A stretch of DNA of 64,000 nt from a virus, in the IMG/VR virus record IMGVR_UViG_3300017917_001030, positions 32,001-96,000 of that record; one strand, 5' to 3'. Each line of letters starts with the position of its first letter. The stretch's first letter is position 1. The notes under the pieces are model-generated. The model saw only the letters and a list, made by a program, of their open reading frames with translations. It made no database searches and had not been told where the DNA came from. Positions 30,101 to 40,827 of the stretch are shown piece by piece. The position numbers and the translations under genes are program-made.

Positions 30101-31861
30101 TTAATTCCTTTCGTATTGTTGATTAACCATTTGTTGGTGCAGTATATCGCTACCACCCTGAAGGCCTCTCAAAACACGCACGTTGTCTACGGTTCTCTGA
30201 TTTTTATAAATTTCTTCAGTTTTATAAAACATCCCATCTCTTAATGTAAGATTTGTATATGCGCTGAAACCTGCAGGTATAGTTGCTATGGTAGCAATAT
30301 CTACGCTGCCGGCTGCATCATTGTTCTTCACGTCTTTTTTAACACTATCGCCTGATGTTTGCGTTTGTGTTGTTTCAGCTGGTTTATTTGTTTCTTCTAA
30401 TATTGCCTGTATGTCTCTAGGGATAGTACTTGCAACATAGCTTGTTTCTTTTTGTACTGGATCTTCAAATTTAGGTTGCTCGTATTTTGGAAGCTCCTGA
30501 ATTAAAGAAAGAACATTTTGTTGAGTTGTTTGCGATGGTGTAAACAACGAGTAAATAGATTCTTGTGATCTGTTTAAAATAGATGGTGTATATACTTGCT
30601 CTTGTTTGAATTCGGGTTGGATAAAATCGCCAGGCGCTTTTAATATTCCAACCAATCCATTCTGTAATTGATTTGTAGTTTGTAATCCTAAACCCGCACC
30701 ATTGTTTAGATTTGTTGTTGCGGTTTGTGTTTTGGTTTGTTGTGATTCTGCAATACTAGCAGACGTTAAAGTTTTAGCAACATTTTCAGCGTCTCTTACT
30801 GCAGCACCAGATAAACTACTTGCAGTTTCGTTAGCTTGTTGAACAGCAGAAGATTCAACTGCAGAAATTCTTGACTGTTCGTTTTTTACTATATTCAATA
30901 TTGTATTTAATGAAGGTCCACTTGCTTTAGCGTCTTTATTTGCATCTACAGTCGCAACAGGCTGAGCTGTTGAAGTTGAGGAAGGTGTTCCTGATACTGT
31001 AGCAGATGTGGTTGGAGTTGGACTTGAATTTGTTGGCGCGGTTGAAGTATTTTGTACAGGCTGAGTATTTACTGCAAAATTATCCACTATAATTTGTGTA
31101 GGTGTAACTTCAACCGTAGTAGTAGTCGTTGTGGTTGGACTTGCCAATTTACTTAATGCTTCTAAATAACCAGGGCAAGTTGGACTACTTAATACATCCA
31201 CACTACATGGATCAACCGAATATTTTAAACTAAAACTAATATTGTAAATTTCTGGGCCATATGGACCCGCCCATCCATTGTTATCTCTACCTACAAAACC
31301 ATATTGAACACTGCCTAAGTCTTTTGCTGCATAAGGGGTAGTAAAGTTTTCAGAGTAGTTAAATGATGTCCAATTAAATTTATAGTTTAAATCATAGTTT
31401 TTATTGAATACAGTAGAGCCCTTTGGGTCATAAAAACTAACATAAGCAGTTAAGTAATCTACTCTTGCATCATCCCAGCCATTACCATTCTTTGCGGTAA
31501 AACCAAAATTGTAGCCATTGACTCTTAGACCAGAACCAGAATTAGGAAGTATATTTGCCACTGCCTGCATCTGATACAAATTTGTTAGCCCAAATGAAAA
31601 GTTGATATTATTATCTGGTCTAACGATAGCATTAGGTCCGCAATACCCAGGATTGCCCCAAGTCCAGCAAGTTAAACTATCTTGGTAAACACCATTGACC
31701 CAAGACGACGGCCCACCATAGGGAGTGTTTTGTACTACATTCCCTGTGGTGTATACTTGTGTAGGATCTAAAGCTGTTGCGGTTTGCGAATTAGAAACCG
31801 AATAGCTTGTAGATGCTAGCACCAAGCAAAGCGCCGATACCAATTTTCTTATACGTATCAT
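30101..31861 (-). CDS. Secreted Ser/Thr-rich protein
   Basis: Signal peptide, N-terminal globular domain, DPC...SP.CPGY, S/T-rich linker. Confidence 0.7.
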   Translation of the reverse strand: MIRIRKLVSALCLVLASTSYSVSNSQTATALDPTQVYTTGNVVQNTPYGGPSSWVNGVYQDSLTCWTWGNPGYCGPNAIVRPDNNINFSFGLTNLYQMQAVANILPNSGSGLRVNGYNFGFTAKNGNGWDDARVDYLTAYVSFYDPKGSTVFNKNYDLNYKFNWTSFNYSENFTTPYAAKDLGSVQYGFVGRDNNGWAGPYGPEIYNISFSLKYSVDPCSVDVLSSPTCPGYLEALSKLASPTTTTTTTVEVTPTQIIVDNFAVNTQPVQNTSTAPTNSSPTPTTSATVSGTPSSTSTAQPVATVDANKDAKASGPSLNTILNIVKNEQSRISAVESSAVQQANETASSLSGAAVRDAENVAKTLTSASIAESQQTKTQTATTNLNNGAGLGLQTTNQLQNGLVGILKAPGDFIQPEFKQEQVYTPSILNRSQESIYSLFTPSQTTQQNVLSLIQELPKYEQPKFEDPVQKETSYVASTIPRDIQAILEETNKPAETTQTQTSGDSVKKDVKNNDAAGSVDIATIATIPAGFSAYTNLTLRDGMFYKTEEIYKNQRTVDNVRVLRGLQGGSDILHQQMVNQQYERN

Positions 31862-32939
31862 CTGACTTAGGTTCGTCTAATTGTGGGATTTTATCTGGAT
31901 TGGAATTCCAGTATGATCTAGCTTGTTCACCTATTTTTCCCTCTACTGGGCAAGGAGTTCCTGCTGCCAACATAGCGTCAAAGACACGACGATCTTGACA
32001 CATTGTTGCTACAGCAGCAACCTTCATACCCATATCATAAAGAGTTTTAGATAGCTTTAATCGTTCACAATTCATATCACGAACAGTGCCGCCAGAACTA
32101 ACACCAAATATTTGTGTTTGAACTGCGCCAGATGTACCTGTTGTACAAAGATCATTATTGCCACCAGACATCATATTAGGAGAGAATGCACTTGGCGGCG
32201 GTGTTATTAACCTTTGTTGTATGTTGGTCTCGTTTATGTTACGATTAGTCATATCACCAGTTTGTACGTTCTGGTTTATACTTTGACTGGAACTCAGATT
32301 CAAGTTTGTATTTTTATTTTCACTTGTTGATGTAGCAGTTGTAGTGTTAATATTTCTATTTGTCATATCACCAGTGTTGATATTATTATTTGTAGATGTA
32401 CTTACGTTATTATTGTTATTTGTATTTACGTTTGTACTTGTGCTGGTGACATTGCTAATATTACGAACCGTTTGATCTCCGTAGTTATAATTAGTATTTG
32501 TATTATTACTTGTAGTATTGTTATTGTTATTAAAGGTCTGAGTTCCAGAATTTACGTTGTAATTTGTGTTCGTGTTGGTATTTGATGACGTGTTCACATT
32601 ATTATTGTTGTAGGTCATCGTCCCAGAATTGACGTTATTGTTATTATACGTCATCGTTCCGGTGTTCACGTTGTTATTGTTTATTGTTTGAGTTCCACTG
32701 TTTACGTTATAATTAGTATTTGTGGAAGTATTATTATTTGTACTCGTTGAAGTACTATTTACCGTAGATGTACTGGTACTAGTAGCTGTACTAGTATTGG
32801 TATTGTTTGTATTTACGGTACTAGTAGAAGTTGAATTATTGTTAGTATCTACTAGCGTTTTTGAATCGTATACGGTTTGTGTGAAACCAGCACCACTTAG
32901 CATAACAAAAAGCAGCCCGCTGGCTAACTTTTTGTTCAT
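31791..32939 (-). CDS. Secreted Asn/Thr-repeat protein with Cys-containing C-terminal domain
   Basis: Signal peptide; NxN/TxT repeats; RDMNCERLKLSK...MCQD...AGTPCP. Confidence 0.75.
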   Translation of the reverse strand: MNKKLASGLLFVMLSGAGFTQTVYDSKTLVDTNNNSTSTSTVNTNNTNTSTATSTSTSTVNSTSTSTNNNTSTNTNYNVNSGTQTINNNNVNTGTMTYNNNNVNSGTMTYNNNNVNTSSNTNTNTNYNVNSGTQTFNNNNNTTSNNTNTNYNYGDQTVRNISNVTSTSTNVNTNNNNNVSTSTNNNINTGDMTNRNINTTTATSTSENKNTNLNLSSSQSINQNVQTGDMTNRNINETNIQQRLITPPPSAFSPNMMSGGNNDLCTTGTSGAVQTQIFGVSSGGTVRDMNCERLKLSKTLYDMGMKVAAVATMCQDRRVFDAMLAAGTPCPVEGKIGEQARSYWNSNPDKIPQLDEPKSDDTYKKIGIGALLGASIYKLFGF

Positions 32940-32983
32940 TTTGTGCTCCCTATCTGTTATTTTTATTTTGGATCCTGCCGATA

Positions 32984-32991
32984 TATTTATA
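32984..32991 (-). promoter_or_regulatory. T4-type late promoter for the reverse cassette
   Basis: TATTTATA on + = TATAAATA on -. Confidence 0.7.
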
Positions 32992-33018
32992 CTCTTGAGG
33001 TATTTTGGACAGAATCTA

Positions 33019-33047
33019 TTGATCTTTATTTAAAGATCCTATATAAT
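33019..33047 (+). promoter_or_regulatory. Sigma70-like promoter of gp43
   Basis: TTGATC-17 nt-TATAAT. Confidence 0.6.
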
Positions 33048-33072
33048 CTTAAATTATTTATCGAGGTATTCT

Positions 33073-35562
33073 ATGAAATTCTATACAAACGTGAATCAGT
33101 ATAGCAACAAGATCTTTGTCAGAGGCGTTAATAATGGCAAAATCGTAAAAGATAAGATCGAATTTCAACCAAAACTATTCCTAAAATCTCAGAAGCCTTC
33201 TAAGTACAAATCGCTGTTCGGGGACAATCTGGAGGAAATCCAATTCGCGGATATCCGAGACGCAAAGGACTATATCAAGCGATACAGCGAAGTTGAGAAC
33301 TTTGAGATCTATGGAAATACGAATTTCGTCTATCAGTACATTACAGAAACATTTCCTGGCGAAATTGAATTTGATATCCAGCAGATTAAGATCTGGTCTA
33401 TCGACATTGAAACTACTGTAGAAAACGGGTTCCCTGATACTAGAAACCCGCTAGAAGAAATTCTGTTAATCACTATTCAAGATTATGCGACCAAGGAAAT
33501 TATCTCCTTTGGTAGTAAACCGTTTAAGGTATCTAAGGATAACCATACTTATGTTAAGTGTGATAATGAGTATGATCTGCTAAAACGATTTGTAGATTAC
33601 ACTGCAGAAAATCCTCCGAATATTTTTACCGGTTGGAACATTGAGTTTTTCGATATGCCATATATCGTGAATAGGATCATTAAACTTCTCGGTGATGACA
33701 AGGCAAAGGAACTATCTCCCTGGAACGTTATTGGTCAGCGTGAGTTTACTCGGTTTAACAAAACAGAGTTGGCAGTAGATATTCTTGGCATTTCTATTCT
33801 AGACTATTTGGACTTGTATAAAAAGTTTACATATTCTGCACAAGAATCGTATAAGTTGGATCACATCGCAAAGGTCGAGCTTGGTAAAGAAAAACTAGAT
33901 TATAGTGAGTATGGTTCGTTCAAAGAGTTCTATACTAAGAACTGGCAAAAGTTTGTCGAGTATAACGTCATCGACGTAGAACTTGTTGACCAGCTAGAGG
34001 ATAAGATGAAGTTGATTGAACTTATCCTGACAATGGCATACGACGCCAAGTGTAACTATGGTGACATCTTTTCCGCAGTACGAACCTGGGATTGTATTCT
34101 GTGGAATCACTTGTGGAATAAGAATGTAATCGTTCATCAGCGTGAGGGTAAACCAGCACGATCCATTGTAGGTGCATTCGTTCAAGAGCCAGTACCAGGA
34201 AAATATGATTGGGTCGTATCCTTCGATGCGACAAGTCTGTATCCTAGTATCATTATGCAGTACAACCTTTCTCCAGAAACATTGGTTATCGGAAGCGCAA
34301 AGGATACAACTGTTGAAAAGATGTTGACTTCTAGTTATGACCTCAGTGATCTAACAGAAAAAGATGTTTGTATGGCGGCGAACGGCTTTATGTATAAGCG
34401 TGACAAGCAAGGCCTGTTTCCTGAGATCGTTCAAAAGTTGTTTGACGATCGTAAACGGTACAAGAAACTAATGTTGGAAGCGCAAACTAAATACGAGGAA
34501 ACGAAAGACAAGAATTGGCAAAAGCAAATCGCAAAGTATAATAACTTTCAGATGGCGAGAAAGATTCAGATGAATTCGCTCTTCGGTGCATGGGGCAATG
34601 AGTTCTTCCGATTCTATGACTCCAATATTGCTGAAGGCATTACTATGACAGGGCAATATGTTATTCAAAAGGTCGGATATGCCTTGGATGAGTATTTGAA
34701 CAAGGTGTGTGGCACTAAGGATTATAAGTATTCGTTCTATTCAGATACAGACTCTTGTTATATCACTTTAGATCCACTTGTCCAAAAGTTTTATAAGGAT
34801 CAGTCTAAAGAAAAGATCATTGAGATTCTCGACAAAATCTGTGAGGAAAAGATCGTTGGTGCAATCAACAAGGCGTGTGACGAGCTTTCAAACTACACTA
34901 ATGCGTTCGAGAAGAAGATTTACTTCAAGCGAGAAGCGATTGCAGATCGAGGCATCTGGGTTGCTAAGAAGCGATATGCGTTGAATGTGTATAACAACGA
35001 AGGTGTTCAATATAAAGAACCTAAGCTGAAGGTCATGGGATTGGAGATTGTCAGATCGTCCACACCCGAGCCTGTTCGTGATGCGCTTAAGCAAGCGGTT
35101 AAACTTGCTCTGACAAGTACCGAGTCCAAACTACAAGATTATATTAGAGACTTCGAGAAAGAGTATCGTAAAATGGATGCGGAACGCATCGCATTTCCTC
35201 GCGGAGTAAACGGGCTCGATAAATACAAAGATAGAGCAAATATATATAAATCCGCAACACCGATGCACGTCAGAGGATCGTTGTTGTATAACTTCTATAT
35301 TCGTGAGAAAAATATTGAAAAAGAGTATGAGGTTATTAATGAAGGTGACAAGATTAAGTTTGTCTATTTGAAAGAACCCAATCTAATTAAAGAAAATTGT
35401 ATTGCGTTCATTTCTAAGATTCCGGAAGAATTTAATCTTAGACAGTATGTTGATTATGACACAATGTTTGAGAAATCATTCATTGAACCTCTGACTACTA
35501 TTCTTAATGGCGTGGGTTGGACAGCTAAGCCACAAGCTACATTGGAAGGATTATTCTCATGA
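33073..35562 (+). CDS. gp43: Family B DNA polymerase
   Basis: DIET, GWNIEFFD, SFDATSLYPS, KIQMNSLFG, YSDTDS, KKRY. Confidence 0.98.
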   Translation: MKFYTNVNQYSNKIFVRGVNNGKIVKDKIEFQPKLFLKSQKPSKYKSLFGDNLEEIQFADIRDAKDYIKRYSEVENFEIYGNTNFVYQYITETFPGEIEFDIQQIKIWSIDIETTVENGFPDTRNPLEEILLITIQDYATKEIISFGSKPFKVSKDNHTYVKCDNEYDLLKRFVDYTAENPPNIFTGWNIEFFDMPYIVNRIIKLLGDDKAKELSPWNVIGQREFTRFNKTELAVDILGISILDYLDLYKKFTYSAQESYKLDHIAKVELGKEKLDYSEYGSFKEFYTKNWQKFVEYNVIDVELVDQLEDKMKLIELILTMAYDAKCNYGDIFSAVRTWDCILWNHLWNKNVIVHQREGKPARSIVGAFVQEPVPGKYDWVVSFDATSLYPSIIMQYNLSPETLVIGSAKDTTVEKMLTSSYDLSDLTEKDVCMAANGFMYKRDKQGLFPEIVQKLFDDRKRYKKLMLEAQTKYEETKDKNWQKQIAKYNNFQMARKIQMNSLFGAWGNEFFRFYDSNIAEGITMTGQYVIQKVGYALDEYLNKVCGTKDYKYSFYSDTDSCYITLDPLVQKFYKDQSKEKIIEILDKICEEKIVGAINKACDELSNYTNAFEKKIYFKREAIADRGIWVAKKRYALNVYNNEGVQYKEPKLKVMGLEIVRSSTPEPVRDALKQAVKLALTSTESKLQDYIRDFEKEYRKMDAERIAFPRGVNGLDKYKDRANIYKSATPMHVRGSLLYNFYIREKNIEKEYEVINEGDKIKFVYLKEPNLIKENCIAFISKIPEEFNLRQYVDYDTMFEKSFIEPLTTILNGVGWTAKPQATLEGLFS

Positions 35563-35945
35563 ATATTAAAGCAATGATACTCGTAGGTGCACTTGCACTA
35601 ACAGGTTGCAGTTCAGTTAAAGAATGGATACCTAGTTTCTGGGATGATAACCAAAGCAAGGTAACGATTGATCTAAGACAAAGTGTTAATCAATTAGATT
35701 GTTCTAAAGAACACTTACCACAAATTGTTCCTATTAAAACAAATCTAGAATGGCTTCAACTATATTCGGAAAGTAAAAAGACGACCGATGTAATGAAGCT
35801 AATTAAACCTATGACAGAAACGGTGGATGACTTTTATAATCGTAGTAAACAAAAACAGGGATCCACTGCTTATTGTGAGTTGAAGAAAAAGCTCATGGTT
35901 GTGCAGGCGAGAGCAATATCCGAAACAATACTTAGGAGATTCTAA
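35559..35945 (+). CDS. Lipoprotein
   Basis: Lipobox LTGC. Confidence 0.7.
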   Translation: MNIKAMILVGALALTGCSSVKEWIPSFWDDNQSKVTIDLRQSVNQLDCSKEHLPQIVPIKTNLEWLQLYSESKKTTDVMKLIKPMTETVDDFYNRSKQKQGSTAYCELKKKLMVVQARAISETILRRF

Positions 35946-36175
35946 TGGAACAATTAAGAGGTTTGGTGGGATGCGGACACGCATGGGCTGAGCAACGAGC
36001 ACTTATGGCGCTTGAACTATCAGATCAATACGCCACAAATCAAATTACAAGAGATGAATATCTTGAACTGCTTCAAGACCTAGTTAGAACAGATGTACTA
36101 GATCAAGAGGCAAATGATATGCAAGTTAAAGCTGCACTTGTTACTGCGGTATATGGATTGATGCAGGTGGTATAA
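35945..36175 (+). CDS. Hypothetical protein
   Basis: AGGAG SD; TAATG coupling. Confidence 0.65.
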   Translation: MEQLRGLVGCGHAWAEQRALMALELSDQYATNQITRDEYLELLQDLVRTDVLDQEANDMQVKAALVTAVYGLMQVV

Positions 36176-36970
36176 TTGAAAACAGCTTTGTTATTTCATA
36201 TGTTGGGACTAGGTGATCATATCTCATATAATGGCCTAGCTAGAAGATTGATTTTTGAAAAGCAACTAGAAAAGCTATATATCCTTGCCTGGGAAAAATA
36301 TGCTTATCTGGTTGCTTATATGTACAGAGACGAACCAAGAATACAGGTAGTCGCAATTAGAGACGGTGTTGAATACTACGATTCACGCCAAGCAATAATT
36401 CATTACAATACAGATGCAGTATATCTATTAGGGCATGCTGTATTGCCAGGTCAACCATTTGCGGATGTGGTTAGACCCGACGCAGAATATAAACAAGTAT
36501 CCTGGGCTGACCTTTCAGCAAAATATCCGTATGGTCATAGAAATTACTATGAGTTTATGAATATAGATTGGAAGCATCGCTTTACAGATACGATGTATGT
36601 TCGCGATATGCAAGAAGAGCAGCGCCTCTTTAATAAACTAAATCCGAACCATGAGGAATATGTTTTTGTTCAAGATGATCCCAACCGAGGATTTTCTTTT
36701 GATAAAGACAAAGTATTGAACCTAGTAGGCAAAGATGTTAAAATTATTAGTAATGATACATCCGAGAACTTATTCCATTATGGTTCAATCATCCAAAATG
36801 CAAAGCAAGTTCATTTAATGGAATCGTCATTTAGATGTTTTGTTGAAACAGTTCCAACAGAAGGTGTTGAGTTTTATCTACATCATTACATACGCAATTC
36901 TGAGAGGTTAGTATATGACGGTAAAATATGTCCCGTTGAAACTAGAAAGCCTTGGCAGGTTATACTATAA
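36176..36970 (+). CDS. Hypothetical, possibly glycosyltransferase-like
   Basis: GLGDHI; IQNAKQVHLMESSF. Confidence 0.55.
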   Translation: MKTALLFHMLGLGDHISYNGLARRLIFEKQLEKLYILAWEKYAYLVAYMYRDEPRIQVVAIRDGVEYYDSRQAIIHYNTDAVYLLGHAVLPGQPFADVVRPDAEYKQVSWADLSAKYPYGHRNYYEFMNIDWKHRFTDTMYVRDMQEEQRLFNKLNPNHEEYVFVQDDPNRGFSFDKDKVLNLVGKDVKIISNDTSENLFHYGSIIQNAKQVHLMESSFRCFVETVPTEGVEFYLHHYIRNSERLVYDGKICPVETRKPWQVIL

Positions 36971-36986
36971 TTGAAAAGGAAATAAT

Positions 36987-38066
36987 ATGTCGTTACTAGA
37001 GAAATTAAAAAAGAATTCTACAATTAAAGAAACAGAAATACTTAACAAATCCAAATTCTTCTCTAAGAAGGATATGATTCAGACATCCGTGCCTATGATG
37101 AACGTGGCATTGTCTGGTAGTTTAGAAGGTGGGCTTACACCTGGTCTAACAGTTTTTGCCGGGCCATCTAAGCATTTTAAAACAGCATTCTCATTGCTGT
37201 TGGCTAAGGCATACACCGACAAATATCCTGATGGTGTTGTTCTATTCTATGATTCAGAGTTTGGTTCTCCACAATCCTACTTCGATAACTTTGGTATTGA
37301 TACGAACCGTATTCTGCATACTCCAATCACAGACATTGAACAGTTGAAGTTTGATGTAATGTCTCAGCTTAATAACATTGAACGAGGTGACCATGTTATC
37401 ATTATCGTTGACTCTGTTGGTAACCTTGCATCTAAGAAAGAAGTTGATGATGCATTGGAAGGAAAGTCTGTTGCGGATATGACACGTGCTAAACAAATGA
37501 AGTCTTTGTTTAGAATGATTACACCGCACTTGACTATTAAAGATATTCCGATGGTTGTTGTTAATCACACCTATGCAGAAATCGGTTTGTATCCAAGACA
37601 AATTGTTTCTGGCGGAACTGGCATTTACTATTCTGCAGACAACATTTATATCATTGGTCGTCAACAAGAAAAAGACGGTAACGAAATTACAGGTTACAAC
37701 TTTATTATCAACGTCGAGAAGTCTAGATTTGTTAGAGAAAAATCTAAGGTGCCAATTGAAGTTACATACGAAGGTGGTATCAGTAAATGGTCTGGCCTAC
37801 TAGACATTGCACTTGAATCTGGTCATGTTATCAAACCATCTAACGGTTGGTATTCTAGAGTAAATAAAGAAACAGGTGAAGTTGAATCTAAGAAGTGGCG
37901 AGTAAAAGATACCTACAGCAAAGACTTCTGGCTTGAGGTATTGACGGACAAAACATTCCGCGAATATATTGATAACAAGTATAGAATGGCGGGCGGAGAT
38001 ATGTTAAAATCTGCTATGGAAGATATTGATGTGGATGAGGAGTTCGAGAATGCAAGCGATCTATGA
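36987..38066 (+). CDS. uvsX: RecA-like recombinase
   Basis: AGPSKHFKT, YDSEFG, DSVGNLASKKE. Confidence 0.96.
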   Translation: MSLLEKLKKNSTIKETEILNKSKFFSKKDMIQTSVPMMNVALSGSLEGGLTPGLTVFAGPSKHFKTAFSLLLAKAYTDKYPDGVVLFYDSEFGSPQSYFDNFGIDTNRILHTPITDIEQLKFDVMSQLNNIERGDHVIIIVDSVGNLASKKEVDDALEGKSVADMTRAKQMKSLFRMITPHLTIKDIPMVVVNHTYAEIGLYPRQIVSGGTGIYYSADNIYIIGRQQEKDGNEITGYNFIINVEKSRFVREKSKVPIEVTYEGGISKWSGLLDIALESGHVIKPSNGWYSRVNKETGEVESKKWRVKDTYSKDFWLEVLTDKTFREYIDNKYRMAGGDMLKSAMEDIDVDEEFENASDL

Positions 38067-38355
38067 GCCATGGGCAGTAAGTAAGATTGGTAAGGAAGAT
38101 CTTTGGGGTGTAAAAATTATCGAAGGTGAATATAAAGGAGCGATCATTAGTATCAATTCTTTAGACTTCATCGACGATAATTCTGGTGAATGTGCTCTTG
38201 ACTTTAACTTTATCCAAAAGCCCGAAGGCAAAACAGATGAAGATCTAAAGTCGGAGGACTTTAACAAAACACTCACACTTATTATTAATGATATTCTAGA
38301 GAAAGCGGTTAATGAATACAAAGATCGAGACGGTGATTCTATCACAGCTGGTTAA
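38050..38355 (+). CDS. gp40: gp40-like head vertex assembly chaperone
   Basis: Position between uvsX and gp41; VKIIEGEYKG. Confidence 0.6.
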   Translation: MQAIYEPWAVSKIGKEDLWGVKIIEGEYKGAIISINSLDFIDDNSGECALDFNFIQKPEGKTDEDLKSEDFNKTLTLIINDILEKAVNEYKDRDGDSITAG

Positions 38356-39712
38356 TGATGATGAGTTTATGAGGAAAACGATCCCGTTCTTGAAGCGGGA
38401 TTATTTTCTAGACTCAAATGAACAGCTAATATTTGATAATATCGTAGGATTTATTGAGCAGTATAATACTATTCCTAACAGAGACGCTTTGATTATTGCT
38501 ACTCAAAATAATAAGTCTTTGAATGATGAACAGTATAAAGAAGTATGTGAACTTATTTCTACATTGGTTCCAAGCGAACATAATAAAGAATGGTTGTATA
38601 AGGAAACAGAAAAGTTCTGTAAAGATAAAGCAATCTATAATGCCATCATGGAATCTATTAAGATCATTGATGGTCGAGATAAAAATAGATCAGAGGATGG
38701 TATTCCTCAGTTGTTGCAGAATGCACTTGGTGTATGTTTCGACAACAACGTAGGTCATGATTACTTAGATAATTCTGATACTCGTTATGACTTTTACCAC
38801 AAGGTTGAATCTAGAATTCCGTTCGATCTAGATTTCTTTAACAAGATTACTAACGGTGGTCTGCCAAATAAAACACTTAATGTTGTATTGGCAGGTACAG
38901 GTGTTGGTAAGTCTTTGTTCATGTGTCACGTTGCTGCATCTGTATTGGCGCAAGGCAAAAATGTTTTGTATATCACTATGGAAATGGCGGAGGAACGTAT
39001 TGCTGAGCGTATTGATGCGAACTTGATGAACATCACTATGGATCAGCTTAAAGACTTGCCAAAAGCCATATTCGATAATCGTATTGAAAAGATTAGAAAC
39101 AAGACTGAAGGCAAATTGATTATTAAAGAGTACCCTACTGCTGGTGCTCACGTAGGTCACTTTAAATCTTTGTTAAATGAATTGCAGCTAAAGAAACAGT
39201 TCAAGCCTGATATTATTGTTATTGATTACTTGAATATTTGCGCTTCATCTAGATTTAAAGCAAGTGCAGCAACTAACTCTTATACTTTGATTAAGTCTAT
39301 AGCTGAAGAACTTCGTGGCCTTGCGGTTGAGGAAAATGTTCCTATTCTATCTGCTACTCAGACTACTCGAGGTGGTTATGGTAATACAGATGTTGAACTG
39401 ACAGATACTTCTGAATCGTTTGGTTTGCCTGCGACAGTAGACTTTATGTTTGCTTTGATTTCCACTGAAGAACTTGAACAGTTGAATCAACTAATGGTCA
39501 AGCAGTTGAAGAACAGATATAATGACCCGACCGCAAATAAACGGTTTGTCATTGGTGTTGATCGAGCGAAAATGAAGTTATATGATTTGGAACAGTCTGC
39601 TCAAAAGGGTTTGACTGACTCAAACATTGATGTTGACACAACCAGAAGTAGCAATTATAATTTAGGTGAAGTATTTAATCGAAGAAGAGACCTATCGTCT
39701 ATTAAGGTGTAA
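38312..39712 (+). CDS. gp41: Replicative DNA helicase
   Basis: AGTGVGKS, EMAEE, DYLNI, SATQ, SESFGLP. Confidence 0.97.
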   Translation: MNTKIETVILSQLVNDDEFMRKTIPFLKRDYFLDSNEQLIFDNIVGFIEQYNTIPNRDALIIATQNNKSLNDEQYKEVCELISTLVPSEHNKEWLYKETEKFCKDKAIYNAIMESIKIIDGRDKNRSEDGIPQLLQNALGVCFDNNVGHDYLDNSDTRYDFYHKVESRIPFDLDFFNKITNGGLPNKTLNVVLAGTGVGKSLFMCHVAASVLAQGKNVLYITMEMAEERIAERIDANLMNITMDQLKDLPKAIFDNRIEKIRNKTEGKLIIKEYPTAGAHVGHFKSLLNELQLKKQFKPDIIVIDYLNICASSRFKASAATNSYTLIKSIAEELRGLAVEENVPILSATQTTRGGYGNTDVELTDTSESFGLPATVDFMFALISTEELEQLNQLMVKQLKNRYNDPTANKRFVIGVDRAKMKLYDLEQSAQKGLTDSNIDVDTTRSSNYNLGEVFNRRRDLSSIKV

Positions 39713-39714
39713 AC

Positions 39715-40545
39715 ATGAGAAATTATTGGAGTTGTTCTGATTTTGCTGATTGGGTTCGAGGTATACCTAAAGGCAAAGCCAAGACCGGCAAAGGCTGGGA
39801 TGAATGGGAAAAGGAAGCAAAAGAAAAACATCCAATTCGTTATTGGATAGCTGAAGAAGCTCTAGATAGAATTCAGACTTTCGTTCGCCTACCTATTGAT
39901 ACACTGTACAACATCAAATACTACATTAACAATCGTTGGATCACTAAGACTCACGCATTAACAGCACATCCAAACGATATTAAGCGTGGGCAGTGGTGTG
40001 ATCTTAGCCATCGCTTCCTGCCCTGTCTTTTTAATGAGCTACGAGAGTTCGTCGAAGTAGAACTTGCGTGGTGGCACCTTGCTTGGAGCCCTGAAGAAAG
40101 ACCTAAGTATAATATGCCATGGTGGGCAGTAGGTTGGTGGCGTATTAGAACTTGGCGTTGTCCACAAGCTGGTCTAGACAACCTTAAATGGCAAATAAAT
40201 CTCAAAGCCGAAGAAAACTATGGTCTGAACCCTGGCGATGAAGGTTACGGAGAACCTACTCGTCAAGCCATTAATGCAAAAGAAATCTACGATCTTTACA
40301 TCTGGTGGACAGAGGTTTATCCGAAGAGACCTGATCCACATGACGTTGGCGGTTGGACTGCGTACTGCGAAATGCGTAGAGAAAAAGGTTATAGTCTTCT
40401 TGACATGGAGTCTGAAACACCTGAAGAAGCAGAGATCGCTAGAGTCGCTCTTGACAAGACACAAGAGATTGAAGAACAATATCGCAAGGAAGACGAAGAA
40501 ATGATGATTCGTCTAATTAAAGTTAGAGATTCCCTTTGGACATAA
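39715..40545 (+). CDS. Trp-rich hypothetical protein
   Basis: 276-aa ORF ending RLIKVRDSLWT. Confidence 0.75.
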   Translation: MRNYWSCSDFADWVRGIPKGKAKTGKGWDEWEKEAKEKHPIRYWIAEEALDRIQTFVRLPIDTLYNIKYYINNRWITKTHALTAHPNDIKRGQWCDLSHRFLPCLFNELREFVEVELAWWHLAWSPEERPKYNMPWWAVGWWRIRTWRCPQAGLDNLKWQINLKAEENYGLNPGDEGYGEPTRQAINAKEIYDLYIWWTEVYPKRPDPHDVGGWTAYCEMRREKGYSLLDMESETPEEAEIARVALDKTQEIEEQYRKEDEEMMIRLIKVRDSLWT

Positions 40546-40556
40546 AGGATAACATC

Positions 40557-40817
40557 ATGGATAAAGTTAAAACTAAATCAACTGCTAGTAAAGTGCCTGC
40601 AAAGAAAGCGACGCCGAAACCAGCAAAGGTTGAAAATATCACATGGCCGAAAATTACAGTAGGCTCACATCTGACCGTCACGGAATTCGATGACGGTCGT
40701 ACTATTTTAGCATGGGATGATGACGTGCTTTTGCAAGAAGTTAGAGCAGCAATCGCATCTGTAGAAAATCAAACCACAACAGAAAGTAAACCTAAGCGTT
40801 CGACAAAGACTAAATAA
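40557..40817 (+). CDS. Hypothetical protein
   Basis: AAGGA SD; basic N-terminus. Confidence 0.65.
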   Translation: MDKVKTKSTASKVPAKKATPKPAKVENITWPKITVGSHLTVTEFDDGRTILAWDDDVLLQEVRAAIASVENQTTTESKPKRSTKTK

Positions 40818-40827
40818 AGGATCTACT

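Noticed and set aside
33073-39712. Inteins or introns in gp43, uvsX or gp41
   Set aside because: The ORFs are uninterrupted and of ordinary length.
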